A stretch of DNA of 64,000 nt from a bacterium (GCA_965203325.1 OZ241875.1:32001-96000); one strand, 5' to 3'; counted from the first letter of the stretch, positions 39,780 through 51,008 are shown. Notes: generated from the sequence alone by a model not told the origin. Numbers and translations: made by a program.

Positions 39780-41267
39780 ATGACCTCGGACACCTCGCAA
39801 ACAAATCCACTTAAAATAAAAAAACGATTTGAAGCCAAGGTGAGAAAAGGCCTCCAGAAATCGGCTTATGCGGCCGAGTCTGCCCCTTTGATGGTCGGTT
39901 TTTCCGGTGGCGCAGATTCCACGGCTCTTTTGTTGTCCTTGAAGTCGATCCTGCCGGAATCACAACTCCTGTGTGCCGTTCATATCGAACATGGACTCCG
40001 TGGCGGTCTTTCAAAAAAAGATGCGGAGCATGCTGAGCAGGTGTGCTTGCGACACGATATCGATTTTCGTTGTGAGCACGTTCATGTGTCTCGAACAGCG
40101 CAACTGGGTCTTGAAGGAGCTGCCCGCGAATCAAGGCGCTCGGCCTTCCTGGCGATTGGGAGGGAGATAGGCTCCGATACCATTGCGTTGGCCCACAACA
40201 GGGATGATCAAGCCGAAACCGTGCTCATGCGTTTGTTTGAAGGGGCAGGCGTCAGGGGGATGGGAGGCATAAAGTGGAGGACCCCGCTTTCGTCGAAAGG
40301 AGAAGATGCGTTCCACATCATCCGGCCTTTACTGGATTTGTCGCGTGAAGAGATTTTGGAGTACTTGGAGATACTGGGCATCTCCTGGGTCGAGGATGAA
40401 ACGAACCTGGACGAGAGTCGCCTCAGAAATCGGATACGCAAAAAAATTATGCCGATGGTTCGGGAGCACTTGGGGGATGCGGCCATTAGCGGAATCGCCA
40501 AGAGTGCGGAGATATCGGCCCCGCTTGTTTTCCTGATGGATGAGATGTCCAAGGAATTGACGGTGAAATTCATCCATAAAGACAACGGGAAACTCGTTGT
40601 TTCTCCTTTAGGGGCAGTGAAGGAACTCGCTCAATCGCTTAGAGCGGAGGTTTGGCGTGCGGCACTTGCAATGCTCAGAGGCGAATCGCCCGCCCAAACC
40701 GGCAGACGCGCTCTCCGGGAATGGATTGAAGGCCTGGACCGCCTGGCAATGGGAGATAAACCCTCGGGTGTGTTGAGTTTGCCGGGCGACCTGGAAGCGA
40801 GAAAGGAATATGACCGCCTTATCTTCGGGAGTTCCCTTGTTGATTCGAAGTTGCTTGAGGAGAAAAAACTGCGGGTTCCAGGAAAGACGGTTCATCATTC
40901 ACTAGGCCTTGCGATAGAAGCGTCATGTCATTTTACACATCGTTCAAACGGCGCATGGGAGGTGTGTCTCGACCTGGAAAAGCTGGGGGCGGATGCCTGT
41001 ATCCGAACCCGGCGTGATGGAGATCGGTTCCATCCATTGGGACGAACAAAAGCGAAGAAACTCAAGGATTACCTCATAAAGCGGAAAATACCGAAATCCG
41101 TAAGGAATCGAATACCTCTCCTGGCCGTAGGAGATAAGGTGGCATGGATCATAGGTCATCAGGTTTCAGCGGAATTCGTGCTTGATGGGAATGAGAAGAG
41201 GGGGGTTACCCTTAAAGCGTTGCTGGAGAATAAAGACAGTAAGCTCTTAAGTTCTTTGGGTTATTGA
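39780..41267 (+). CDS. tilS: tRNA(Ile)-lysidine synthase
   Basis: SGGADS PP-loop, HGLR, AHNRDDQAETVLMRL, IRPLL, RNRIR, C-terminal GDRF..KLKD. Confidence 0.94.
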   Translation: MTSDTSQTNPLKIKKRFEAKVRKGLQKSAYAAESAPLMVGFSGGADSTALLLSLKSILPESQLLCAVHIEHGLRGGLSKKDAEHAEQVCLRHDIDFRCEHVHVSRTAQLGLEGAARESRRSAFLAIGREIGSDTIALAHNRDDQAETVLMRLFEGAGVRGMGGIKWRTPLSSKGEDAFHIIRPLLDLSREEILEYLEILGISWVEDETNLDESRLRNRIRKKIMPMVREHLGDAAISGIAKSAEISAPLVFLMDEMSKELTVKFIHKDNGKLVVSPLGAVKELAQSLRAEVWRAALAMLRGESPAQTGRRALREWIEGLDRLAMGDKPSGVLSLPGDLEARKEYDRLIFGSSLVDSKLLEEKKLRVPGKTVHHSLGLAIEASCHFTHRSNGAWEVCLDLEKLGADACIRTRRDGDRFHPLGRTKAKKLKDYLIKRKIPKSVRNRIPLLAVGDKVAWIIGHQVSAEFVLDGNEKRGVTLKALLENKDSKLLSSLGY

Positions 41268-41358
41268 TTTGGAGTTTAGCTCGTAGACGGATGGGAAAAA
41301 TCCTGATAACGTGTTTTCAGGGTATAGAGAGCCGCTTACGCGAAAAAAGGAAGGCATT

Positions 41359-43278
41359 TTGAATCAATTTTACAAGAATTTGGCGCTTTGGCTGATTATC
41401 GGGTTGATAATGGTTGGTTTGTTTCAAGCCTTCAATAGCCCGCGCTCAACCGACCGAACGGTTGTCTACAGCGATTTCCTGCAAGCGGTATCTGATGGAC
41501 AGGTGACCGAAGTGATCGTCCAGGGAGACAATATTCGGGGTCGCTACCTGAGCGGTAGGTCCTTTCACACCCACGCTCCCAAAGACCCGAAGCTGATCGA
41601 CACACTTAGAGCCAAGGGCGTTCGCATCACGGCGCAGCCCGTAGAACAAAACTCCTGGTATATGAACATGCTGTTGAGTTGGCTGCCTATGCTGGTGATG
41701 CTGGGCGTTTGGATTTTCTTCATGCGCCAGATGCAAATGGGCGGCTCCAAAGCGCTGTCGTTCGGAAAAAGCAAAGCGCGAATGATGCCCGAATCCGCGA
41801 AGAAAAAAATTACGTTCGCAGATGTGGCCGGCATCGAGGAAGCCAAGGAAGAACTTGAAGAACTCGTTGATTTTCTCCGCGACCCGCAGAAGTTCACGCG
41901 CCTGGGCGCACGTATTCCCAAGGGTGTCCTCATGGTTGGTCCTCCGGGCACGGGCAAAACCTTGCTGGCGCGGGCCATCGCGGGCGAAGCGGACGTGCCG
42001 TTTTTCTCGATAAGCGGGTCGAGTTTTGTGGAGATGTTTGTCGGAGTCGGGGCGTCGAGAGTCCGGGATTTGTTCGAGCAGGGCAAAGCAAATGCGCCTT
42101 GCATCATTTTCATCGATGAGATTGATGCCGTCGGGCGACACAGAGGCGCCGGCCTGGGGGGTGGTCACGATGAGCGTGAGCAAACGCTCAATCAACTTCT
42201 CGTCGAGATGGATGGTTTTGAGTCGAATGACGGGGTCATCCTGATGGCAGCGACGAACCGGCCGGACGTGCTGGACCCGGCTCTGCTCAGGCCTGGCCGC
42301 TTTGACCGCCAGATTGTCGTTTCCTTGCCCGATATTAAAGGGCGCTTGGCCATTTTGAAGGTGCATGCCGTAAAAGTGCCGCTCGATGAATCCGTCGATT
42401 TGAGTCTCATAGCACGCGGAACCCCGCGATTTGCGGGCGCTGACTTGGCGAATCTTTTGAACGAATCCGCACTTCTCGCGGCGCGCCGGGGAAAACAGTC
42501 CGTGGAAAATGAAGACTTGATGGAAGCGAAGGATAAAGTCTTGATGGGCAAGGAGCGGCGCAGCATGGCGCTCAGTGAAAAAGAGAAGAAAAACACGGCC
42601 TACCACGAAGCGGGGCACGCCCTTGTTTCATTACTGATACCCGGGACGGACCCGGTAGAGAAGGTGACGATCATCCCGCGTGGTTTTTCGTTGGGAAGTA
42701 CATGGTCCTCTCCTCTTGAAGATCGTTACAGCAACGACAAGACATTTTTGACGAACCAGCTTGCCTGCCTGATGGGTGGACGTGCGGCGGAGATGCTGGT
42801 CTTTGAAGAATTGACGACAGGGGCGAAAGCCGATATCCAGACGGCGACCGACTTGGCGCGAAGCATGGTTTGTGAATGGGGGATGAGCGAAAAACTCGGC
42901 CCCTTGGCATATGGAAAAAAACATGAGCAAATCTTTTTGGGCCGTGAAATCTCCCAGCACAGGGATTATAGCGACCAGGTGGCCTTGGAAATTGATAACG
43001 AAGTGAAGGATATGGTCTCGTCGAGTTATGAGAGAGCGTATAAGCTACTCGAGGAAAATCGGGACAAGCTCGATTTGCTCGCCAATGCGCTACTCGAGTA
43101 TGAAACCATCGATCTCAAAGACATCGAGTCTTTGATGGAAACCGGGGAGATTTCCAGGAGTCGCAAGCGAAAAGACGGGGTTGGTGAAGGAAAGACCCCT
43201 GTCTCTTCTGAACCGGAGGAAAAACCTCGAGAGGATCCGCAAGGGTCACCGACGGACCTGGCGCCCGGCCAAGCCTAG
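41359..43278 (+). CDS. ftsH: ATP-dependent zinc metalloprotease FtsH
   Basis: Two TMs, [30 protein letters not shown]. Confidence 0.97.
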   Translation: MNQFYKNLALWLIIGLIMVGLFQAFNSPRSTDRTVVYSDFLQAVSDGQVTEVIVQGDNIRGRYLSGRSFHTHAPKDPKLIDTLRAKGVRITAQPVEQNSWYMNMLLSWLPMLVMLGVWIFFMRQMQMGGSKALSFGKSKARMMPESAKKKITFADVAGIEEAKEELEELVDFLRDPQKFTRLGARIPKGVLMVGPPGTGKTLLARAIAGEADVPFFSISGSSFVEMFVGVGASRVRDLFEQGKANAPCIIFIDEIDAVGRHRGAGLGGGHDEREQTLNQLLVEMDGFESNDGVILMAATNRPDVLDPALLRPGRFDRQIVVSLPDIKGRLAILKVHAVKVPLDESVDLSLIARGTPRFAGADLANLLNESALLAARRGKQSVENEDLMEAKDKVLMGKERRSMALSEKEKKNTAYHEAGHALVSLLIPGTDPVEKVTIIPRGFSLGSTWSSPLEDRYSNDKTFLTNQLACLMGGRAAEMLVFEELTTGAKADIQTATDLARSMVCEWGMSEKLGPLAYGKKHEQIFLGREISQHRDYSDQVALEIDNEVKDMVSSSYERAYKLLEENRDKLDLLANALLEYETIDLKDIESLMETGEISRSRKRKDGVGEGKTPVSSEPEEKPREDPQGSPTDLAPGQA

Positions 43279-43391
43279 TTTCTCCTTAAATTTCAATTTA
43301 TGATAGAGCATAGGAGTGCCACTGAATTTCGGCATTTGGGAGACGAACGTCCAAATAGCATCGTGTTGCAGGTGTGGTGTTGAGGGATGAG

Positions 43392-44120
43392 ATGGCCAAG
43401 CTTTGTGTGAATGTGGACCACGTTGCCACCATCCGTGAAGCGCGGAAGACGAACGAACCCGACCCGGTGGCGGCCGCGCTTATTGCTGAGCGTGCGGGTG
43501 CGATAGGCATCACCATTCACCTGCGTGAAGACAGGAGGCATATACAGGACAGGGATTTGAAATTGATGCGCCAAGTGGTTCGAGGCAAGCTCAACCTGGA
43601 GATGGCGCCTGTACCCGAGATGCAGGGCATCGCACTTGATGTGAAGCCGGAACAAGTCACCTTGGTTCCGGAGCGACGTGAAGAGATAACGACCGAGGGC
43701 GGCTTGGACGTGGCAGGCAACATCGAGCAAATAGCCGGCTTGATGAAGCCGTTGCGAGAAGCGGGGCTTCTCTTGAGTCTTTTTATCGACCCGCATCCCG
43801 AGCAGATTGAAGCCGCCAAGGAGTTAAACGCAGATTTCGTGGAATTGAACACGGCGGCATATTCTGAAGCCAAAGGGCAGGTGTCCCAGAAAGAAGAGTT
43901 GACATCACTCCGCAATGCTTCTTTACAGACCCACGGACTCGGCATTGGGGTACACGCCGGCCACGGCCTTACTTATCTCAATGTGGAAGCCGTGGCCTCT
44001 CTGCCCCACCTGCAGGAACTGAATATTGGACACAGCATTGTCTCGCATTCTGTTTTTGTCGGCTTTGAGAGAGCTGTGCGCGAGATGTCGGATATCATCG
44101 AGCGAGCAGGCCCCGCCTGA
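43392..44120 (+). CDS. pdxJ: Pyridoxine 5'-phosphate synthase
   Basis: [49 protein letters not shown]. Confidence 0.96.
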   Translation: MAKLCVNVDHVATIREARKTNEPDPVAAALIAERAGAIGITIHLREDRRHIQDRDLKLMRQVVRGKLNLEMAPVPEMQGIALDVKPEQVTLVPERREEITTEGGLDVAGNIEQIAGLMKPLREAGLLLSLFIDPHPEQIEAAKELNADFVELNTAAYSEAKGQVSQKEELTSLRNASLQTHGLGIGVHAGHGLTYLNVEAVASLPHLQELNIGHSIVSHSVFVGFERAVREMSDIIERAGPA

Positions 44121-44122
44121 AC

Positions 44123-45697
44123 ATGCCGATTCCCGTCGTTACAGCCCAGGAAATGTCGAATATCGACAATCGGGCGATTCAAGAATATGGAATTCCCTCC
44201 ACGTGCCTGATGGAAACGGCAGGCGCAAAATCCGCCCAAAATATATGGGAAACATATGGCAGAAATGATTTCCGTGTCCTGATTGTTTGCGGGAAAGGGA
44301 ACAACGGCGGGGATGGCTTCGTCATTGCCAGGCATTTGTTCAATGCCGGGGCCGATGTTGATGTCGCGATTTTGTTCCCGCGGAATGAAGCCAAAGGTGA
44401 CCCAGCCGTTTTCTTGAAGTCTCTTGAAAAGATGAAAATTTCCATCATCGAAGTGGAGGAGGAAAATACCTCACGTTTCGAAGCTTTGATGAAAAATGCG
44501 GACCTGATAGTAGATGCCATTCTGGGAACCGGGTTTCAGCCGCCTGCCCGTGGCCTTCCGGAGAAAGTGATCCGCATCCTTTCCGCTAACGAGACCCCGA
44601 TAATAGCTATCGATATACCATCCGGGCTCGACGGCACTACAGGTGGGGCCGAACTTCCTTATATCCATGCGAAAACCACCTTGGCGCTGGGCGGTCTCAA
44701 GCGGGGACATCTTCTCATGCCGGCCGCTGAGCATGTGGGTGAGGTGATATCTCTTGATATCGGGATTCCGAACGAGTGTCTGAAAGAAGAAAACATTTTA
44801 CTCCACGTCACGGAACCTTCCGACGTAGCTGCGAATTTGCCTGAAAGACGCCCCGATGCGCATAAAGGGGATGCCGGCCATCTTTTGTTGATAGCCGGCG
44901 CGCCCGGTATGTCGGGAGCCGCATTGATGACGGCCATGTCGGCCCTTCGCACGGGCGCAGGCCGGGTAACGCTTGCGGTGCCTGAAAGTATTTCTCCTCT
45001 GGTGGAGAGCAGATACCCGGAAGTCATGACGTTGTCTTTGCCGGCCACCGAGTCTGGAGCTGTTGATGCTTCGGCGTTCGATTTTCTCGTTGAACGTTCA
45101 GAAGACATGAGTGCTTTGGTGATAGGACCCGGGCTTCTGACGAACCCGAGAACGATTGAGCTTGTCCATTTACTCATCCAACACATTGGCGCACCCGTCG
45201 TCCTCGATGCCGATGCCCTGAATGCGCTTGCTCAGGATTTGACTATCTTGGACGGCAGACTCGCTCAACTGATCCTGACGCCACACCCTGGAGAAATGGC
45301 GAGGCTCCTTGGGATCTCGACGAGAGAAGTACAAGAAGACCGCATTACACACGCAAGCTCTTTTGCCTCACAGCATCATCTTGACATCGCCTTAAAGGGC
45401 TGGGGAACAATTGTCGCCACATCGGACGGGGAAATCTGGTACAACCCCACCGGAAATTCCAATATGGCCACCGCAGGCAGTGGAGACATATTGGCGGGCG
45501 TTATTGGCGCTTTCCTCGCCCAGGGGCTTTCCCGAAAATGGTCTTTGATATGCGGGGTTTATTTGCATGGCTTATCTGGTGAATTGGCATCCTTGGAAGT
45601 GGGCGGGCTCGGAATCACGGCAACCGATATTTTGCAAGCCCTTCCCAAGGCGAGAAGAGAAGTGTTCATGGAAGTAGGAGATTCTGAAACTGCTTGA
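44123..45697 (+). CDS. nnr: Bifunctional NAD(P)H-hydrate epimerase/dehydratase
   Basis: GKGNNGGDG, DAILGTG, DIPSG, HKGDAG, DADALN, TPHPGEM, ATAGSGD. Confidence 0.94.
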   Translation: MPIPVVTAQEMSNIDNRAIQEYGIPSTCLMETAGAKSAQNIWETYGRNDFRVLIVCGKGNNGGDGFVIARHLFNAGADVDVAILFPRNEAKGDPAVFLKSLEKMKISIIEVEEENTSRFEALMKNADLIVDAILGTGFQPPARGLPEKVIRILSANETPIIAIDIPSGLDGTTGGAELPYIHAKTTLALGGLKRGHLLMPAAEHVGEVISLDIGIPNECLKEENILLHVTEPSDVAANLPERRPDAHKGDAGHLLLIAGAPGMSGAALMTAMSALRTGAGRVTLAVPESISPLVESRYPEVMTLSLPATESGAVDASAFDFLVERSEDMSALVIGPGLLTNPRTIELVHLLIQHIGAPVVLDADALNALAQDLTILDGRLAQLILTPHPGEMARLLGISTREVQEDRITHASSFASQHHLDIALKGWGTIVATSDGEIWYNPTGNSNMATAGSGDILAGVIGAFLAQGLSRKWSLICGVYLHGLSGELASLEVGGLGITATDILQALPKARREVFMEVGDSETA

Positions 45698-45710
45698 ATT
45701 CCCCTTTGAG

Positions 45711-46124
45711 ATGCGAAGTGATTCGTTAGAGCAAACGGTCGAACTGGGTGCTCGCTTGGCTGAAGTATCGAGACCCGGCGAGGTCGTTTTGCTCGATGGT
45801 GACTTAGGCGCAGGGAAAACTGCATTCGCAAAGGGTTTTATCGCATCGATGCCGGGGGGAGAAGGACAGACCATCAGAAGCCCCACGTTTGTCTATATTC
45901 ACCACTATCCAACCTTGCCGCCTACCCACCACATCGATTTGTACCGGCTTCCAAAAGGTTCAGACCTCATGGAAATAGGTTTGTGGGATCATATAGGTGA
46001 GAGCGATATTGTATTGATCGAGTGGCCTAACCATGTGGAGAAATGGCGTTTCCCTGTATCGACACACGTGAAGTTTGAGGTTGTGGGAGATGGAAGTCGG
46101 CACCTGTACTTTTTCCGGCCGTGA
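45711..46124 (+). CDS. tsaE: t6A biosynthesis ATPase TsaE
   Basis: GDLGAGKT, SPTF, HIDLYRL, IEW. Confidence 0.93.
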   Translation: MRSDSLEQTVELGARLAEVSRPGEVVLLDGDLGAGKTAFAKGFIASMPGGEGQTIRSPTFVYIHHYPTLPPTHHIDLYRLPKGSDLMEIGLWDHIGESDIVLIEWPNHVEKWRFPVSTHVKFEVVGDGSRHLYFFRP

Positions 46125-46168
46125 GATATTTCTTCTTTACAAAGAAACGAAAGGGTGGCACTCTTACA

Positions 46169-46184
46169 GGGCATTGTTTTTGCT
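46169..46184 (+). promoter_or_regulatory. Candidate sigma54 (-24/-12) promoter upstream of lptC-lptA-lptB-rpoN
   Basis: GGGCATTGTTTTTGCT: GG-N10-GC with TTGC. Confidence 0.4.
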
Positions 46185-46313
46185 TATCTTCTTGATGTAA
46201 CAGATGTGAACGGTACGAGAAAATAAATTTCATGGTTCTGGAGGGATGAGTTTCTTATCGCAGATATGACATGTGCTGTCGTTGAATACCGCCTGTGCTT
46301 CAGAAGGTTTGCG

Positions 46314-46925
46314 ATGCTTTTCCGTAAGATGCTGAGAACGGTATTGCTGGGCTTTCTGCTCGTGATGGGCGGTACGATTGCCTATTTCATCTTGGGCTCT
46401 GCAAATCATCAACTCAATTTAGGGGGAATTTCGCTCACAGACTCGGATGCGGACTTTAGCATAGATAAAATGCATGTCGTCCAAAACACAAAAGGTGTCA
46501 GGGAATGGGAGTTGTGGGCCGACTCCGCCAAGGTGTACCGCCAAAAAGGCTTCACCATTCTCAAGAACCTGAAGCTTCGGTTTTATCCGAAAGAAGGTGA
46601 GCCTGCGCACGTGACTGCTCAAGAGGGAACCATGCAGAATGAGAGTCGGAACATTCGAATCAGCGGCAATGTCACCATCTTGGCTTCTAATGGCGTTTCG
46701 ATGAAAACGGATTCTTTGTATTTTCGCTCAAAAGAGAAACGCATTGATTCGGATTCGCGGGTTTTGATGGAAGGGGCTCGTTTTCGTCTGGTCGGTACCG
46801 GGCTACAGGGGCGAACCGATACTGGGAAATACAAACTGAAGGAGAAAGTGAGCGCTACGATATACGGTGCGAGCGAGTATTCCCTCAAGGAGGAAAGAGG
46901 AAATAAGCTAACTCGCGCCAACTAA
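46314..46925 (+). CDS. lptC: LPS export periplasmic protein LptC
   Basis: Single N-terminal TM, WELWADSA, beta-jellyroll-like pattern, upstream of lptAB. Confidence 0.8.
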   Translation: MLFRKMLRTVLLGFLLVMGGTIAYFILGSANHQLNLGGISLTDSDADFSIDKMHVVQNTKGVREWELWADSAKVYRQKGFTILKNLKLRFYPKEGEPAHVTAQEGTMQNESRNIRISGNVTILASNGVSMKTDSLYFRSKEKRIDSDSRVLMEGARFRLVGTGLQGRTDTGKYKLKEKVSATIYGASEYSLKEERGNKLTRAN

Positions 46926-46962
46926 AGGGGCACATACGGCCAATCCCTGTTGGAGGGCTGTT

Positions 46963-47556
46963 TTGAAACCGAAAAACTACCGCCTGAAACGTCTTACCCT
47001 CATTGGCCTGGGAATATGCTTAGGCTTTTTGGTGTGGGGCAATACTAACTTATCCGCCCAGGAAAAAACCAAGAAAAGTCACTTAAACCGCAAGGCGCAG
47101 ATCCACATTGTCTCCGATAAAATGGAAGTAAACAGTCGGAAGAATCTCATCGTGTTCATCGGGAATGTGGAAGCGAACCAGGGGAAGATGAGACTAAAGG
47201 CGAATCGCCTCGAAATATATACGCTGGAAAACAGACAATTCGGCTCGAAGCGAAGGCCAACTCCCAAGGACAGGGCAGGGGAAATCGATAAAATCGTGGC
47301 CATTGGAAACGTAGAGATGGATCAGGCAAAACGAAGGTTCGCCACTGCTGCCCGGCTCGAATATCAAGAATCCACCGGCATCGCCGTTTTGACGGGAAAC
47401 CCTCGCGTATGGGAAGGCAAAAATCGCTTAGTCGGCGCTGAAATAAAGTTGAATTTGAAAGAAGACAAAACGATAGTTCATGGTTCGAAGCGCCAAAGAG
47501 TCAGCGTTACCCTATTTCCTTCCAGCGAGACACCCCGCCGCAAAAAATCAAACTAG
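46963..47556 (+). CDS. lptA: LPS transport periplasmic protein LptA
   Basis: Signal peptide, [35 protein letters not shown]. Confidence 0.85.
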   Translation: MKPKNYRLKRLTLIGLGICLGFLVWGNTNLSAQEKTKKSHLNRKAQIHIVSDKMEVNSRKNLIVFIGNVEANQGKMRLKANRLEIYTLENRQFGSKRRPTPKDRAGEIDKIVAIGNVEMDQAKRRFATAARLEYQESTGIAVLTGNPRVWEGKNRLVGAEIKLNLKEDKTIVHGSKRQRVSVTLFPSSETPRRKKSN

Positions 47557-47560
47557 ACTC

Positions 47561-48325
47561 ATGTCAACCCGAACCGATGGCACTGCTGTACGCGGTGAAG
47601 GCGCTGTTTCCGTTCACGCCACCAAGTTAACAAAAAGCTATTCCGGTCGAACGGTTGTCTCCGGCGTGGAGTTCGAAGTGCATCCTGGCGAAATCGTCGG
47701 TTTGCTTGGACCAAACGGGGCCGGTAAGACGACGATATTTTATATGATTGTCGGACTGATCGCTCCGGATGCGGGAAAAATTTTCTTGAATGGCAGGGAA
47801 ATCACCGGCCAGCCCATGCATATGCGCGCCAAGAGGGGAATCAGCTATCTTCCTCAGGAAGCGTCTGTGTTTCGCCGCCTTTCGGTAAGGCAAAACATCA
47901 TGGCGGTGCTTGAATTGGTTTTGCGTGCTCCGGACCAGCGCGAGCGGCGATTAAACGAGATTCTAGAGGACTTGGATATCCAGCACATTCAATCCTTGAA
48001 GGGATATGCTCTCTCCGGCGGTGAACGGAGGCGTGTAGAAATTGCCCGGGCATTGGCCACTGATCCCGCTTTTATGCTCCTTGATGAGCCTTTCGCCGGC
48101 ATTGACCCCATCGTGGTTCACGACATTCAGGAGATAGTGACGGGCTTAAAGGCTCGTGGAATTGGAGTCATCATTACAGACCACAACGTGCGCGAGGCCC
48201 TTCAGATATCCGACAGGGCGTACATCATCAATGAGGGGCGTATACTGGAGTCCGGTACCCCGGAAGAAATTGCCGTAAGCGATAAAGCCCGGAATGTTTA
48301 TCTGGGCGAAAAATTTCGTTTTTGA
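47561..48325 (+). CDS. lptB: LPS export ABC ATPase LptB
   Basis: [52 protein letters not shown]. Confidence 0.96.
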   Translation: MSTRTDGTAVRGEGAVSVHATKLTKSYSGRTVVSGVEFEVHPGEIVGLLGPNGAGKTTIFYMIVGLIAPDAGKIFLNGREITGQPMHMRAKRGISYLPQEASVFRRLSVRQNIMAVLELVLRAPDQRERRLNEILEDLDIQHIQSLKGYALSGGERRRVEIARALATDPAFMLLDEPFAGIDPIVVHDIQEIVTGLKARGIGVIITDHNVREALQISDRAYIINEGRILESGTPEEIAVSDKARNVYLGEKFRF

Positions 48326-48341
48326 GGTGAGGGAAATCCAC

Positions 48342-49784
48342 GTGGCCTTGCAACATAAGATGGCAATGAGGGCGGAGCAGCGTCTCGTCATGACCGCCAT
48401 GATGCGGCAGGCGATTGGCCTTTTGCCGCTGAGCCGCATGGAAATGCAGCAAGCCGTTCAGCAGGAAATGTTGAATAATCCCTTGTTGGAAGAAATTCAG
48501 GATGAAGAAAAAGAAGTAGTTGACGGTGAGATGCCGGAATTGAGAATCGATGTCCCCGAGAATCAAAACGATGAAAGAGGTGAGGTGGAGATTGATTGGG
48601 AAAACATCGCGCAGGACAATCTTGATGATTTCTCGCCTTCAGCCCCCGTTGATGATTTTCCCTCTTATGAGCAGACCTTGGCGCGACCCGATACGTTGTA
48701 TGAACACCTGGAGTGGCAATTGAGTCTTTCGGTGGTTCCTGAACCGATAGCAAGGATTGCCGGGCAAATTATCTGGAATGTAAATGAGGAGGGTTATCTC
48801 GAGGCCGACGTGGAAGAGTTGGCAGCCAACGCGGGCCTTGGGTCTCGCGAAGCTCATAGGGCGTTGGCCTTGGTGCAGGGTTTCAATCCGCCCGGCGTTG
48901 CTGCGAGAACACTTCAAGAATGCCTTCTCATACAGTTGAAAAATAATGAATTGTCAATGAGCGACAATAGTTCTATCGTGGATTTGGCGAGAGTCCTGGT
49001 GCGAAAGAATATGGAGAAGATAGGTGAGCCTCCATATGCGAAACTCGCCAAGGCCAACGACGTCGATGTGGAAGACATTGTTCAGGCCGTCGACCTCATT
49101 CGGAGCCTCGACCCGCGTCCAGGGTTGCGTTTTTCCGATCGAAGAGTGGAGATAGTGGTCCCGGATGTGAGCGTCGCCAAAAGAGGAGATGAATATGAGG
49201 TGACACTCAATGACGATGACTTGCCACTCCTGCACGTCAACTCTAAATATGCGGCCATGGCGGTCGACAAAGCGGGAATCTCGCCCGACACGCGGAAGTA
49301 TCTGGAGGAAAAGTTAAGGGCAGCTGCCTGGTTTGTGAAAAGTATAGAGCAAAGAAAACGGACGATTCTGAAAGTTTGCCGAAGCATTGTGCGCTTCCAG
49401 AAAGATTTTCTGGATTATGGCGTGAGTCATATAAAGCCCCTCATCTTGAGGGATGTGGCGCAAGATATCGGGATGCACGAATCGACCGTGAGTCGTGTTA
49501 CGACGGACAAGTATATGGATACCCCGCAGGGTGTTTTAAGCTTTAAGTATTTTTTTCACAGTGGGTTGGAATCAAGTGCGGGGGAGAGTGCCTCTTCCGT
49601 GGCCGTAAAGGAAATCATCAAGAAAATGGTGGCGCAGGAAAACCCTGAGAAGCCGCTCACCGACCAGCAAATTTCGGATAGGCTCAAGCAGGACAACGTG
49701 GCGATAGCAAGGCGAACGGTGACGAAATACCGTAAGGAGCTCCGCATCTCGCCCACCAGCAAAAGACGCAAAATACGTCAATAA
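48342..49784 (+). CDS. rpoN: RNA polymerase sigma-54 factor
   Basis: NPLLE, ARTLQECL, HESTVSR, RpoN box ARRTVTKYR. Confidence 0.96.
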   Translation: MALQHKMAMRAEQRLVMTAMMRQAIGLLPLSRMEMQQAVQQEMLNNPLLEEIQDEEKEVVDGEMPELRIDVPENQNDERGEVEIDWENIAQDNLDDFSPSAPVDDFPSYEQTLARPDTLYEHLEWQLSLSVVPEPIARIAGQIIWNVNEEGYLEADVEELAANAGLGSREAHRALALVQGFNPPGVAARTLQECLLIQLKNNELSMSDNSSIVDLARVLVRKNMEKIGEPPYAKLAKANDVDVEDIVQAVDLIRSLDPRPGLRFSDRRVEIVVPDVSVAKRGDEYEVTLNDDDLPLLHVNSKYAAMAVDKAGISPDTRKYLEEKLRAAAWFVKSIEQRKRTILKVCRSIVRFQKDFLDYGVSHIKPLILRDVAQDIGMHESTVSRVTTDKYMDTPQGVLSFKYFFHSGLESSAGESASSVAVKEIIKKMVAQENPEKPLTDQQISDRLKQDNVAIARRTVTKYRKELRISPTSKRRKIRQ

Positions 49785-50038
49785 CATCTAAGCGCGGTTT
49801 GCTCATGGGCATATAATTCTCACCTGCGTACCCTGTGGTTCGCAGGGGCGACTCAGGAAGATCCCCGGGTCCGTGGTTTATCTGAAAAAAAGAAAAATAT
49901 TTGTTATTATTCGCATAGGTGGACGTTCCATTTTCTGGTGTGCAGCATGGCGTCTCAATGGTTTCGTATCGGAGATTTAGTTGGATCTCCCAGAACGGAC
50001 ATTGAAGCCCTTGGGTGTGTAGAGCATCGAGGAACATA

Positions 50039-50977
50039 ATGAGCAAGCTCTCGGTATCTCAATTGTATGCAGATCTGCGGGAAGAGCTGAAGCTCTCCGT
50101 AGTTTCGGGCGAGTCCGGCATGAGCCGCCAGATCAATCATACGCACTTTCAAAAAAATGGTTTGCCACTCGCCGGTTTTCTGAAAGCCGTACATCCCGAC
50201 AGGGTTCAGGTATGGGGCAGCACGGAGGTTCGTTTTCTCGAGGACCTCGATGAGGAGAGGCGGATCGAGGCCGTGCGCAAATATTTTCGCCTGCCCTTGT
50301 GCGCGGTGCTGGTCACAGGTGGGAAAGATATCTTCCCGAGCATCCGGGAAGCGTCTGATGAGTCCAACGTGCCGATTATCATCTCGGGATTGCCCGGCAA
50401 GGAATTGATGCCGAGATTGTCGGGATATCTCGAGGAGCACCTCTCTCTTCATGCGCGGCTGCACGGCGTCCTCGTTGATTTGTACGGTGTGGGGGTGCTC
50501 ATTCAAGGCAAGAGCGGTATCGGGAAAAGCGAATGCGCTCTTCATTTGGTCACGCGGGGGCACCGGCTCGTCGCCGATGACGTGGTGGACATCCAGTTGC
50601 GTGGGAATGAGTTAGTCGGAAAAAGCACCGAATTGCTCAAACACCATATAGAGGTGAGGGGACTTGGAATACTGAACCTGAAAGACCTTTTCGGCGTCGT
50701 GGCGATTCGATACGAAAAAAATGTCGAGATGATCGTCGAGTTGATTCCCTTGACCCCGGATTTGCCTTTCGAGCGTCTGGGAATCGACATCGAGACCCAA
50801 AATATCCTGGACAAGTGCCTGCCGCACGTGAAAATACCCGTTGCTCCCGGGAGGAATATCCCCACGCTCATTGAGGTGGCGGCCAGGAACCTGTTGCTGC
50901 AAAGAATGGGTTATTTCTCCGCGGAGGAGTTCAGTCGCACACTTTCCGCTCAAATTGCTCTCGGGACGACGAGTTAG
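50039..50977 (+). CDS. hprK: HPr kinase/phosphorylase
   Basis: HGVLVD, GKSGIGKSE, GHRLVADD, EVRGLGI, PGRN..IEVAARN. Confidence 0.95.
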   Translation: MSKLSVSQLYADLREELKLSVVSGESGMSRQINHTHFQKNGLPLAGFLKAVHPDRVQVWGSTEVRFLEDLDEERRIEAVRKYFRLPLCAVLVTGGKDIFPSIREASDESNVPIIISGLPGKELMPRLSGYLEEHLSLHARLHGVLVDLYGVGVLIQGKSGIGKSECALHLVTRGHRLVADDVVDIQLRGNELVGKSTELLKHHIEVRGLGILNLKDLFGVVAIRYEKNVEMIVELIPLTPDLPFERLGIDIETQNILDKCLPHVKIPVAPGRNIPTLIEVAARNLLLQRMGYFSAEEFSRTLSAQIALGTTS

Positions 50978-51008
50978 CCGGGAAGAGGGAAAGAAGAGGT
51001 TTCACCGC

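Noticed and set aside
39675..39790. tRNA as an island integration site
   Set aside because: No duplicated tRNA 3' end or integrase seen; tilS follows directly.
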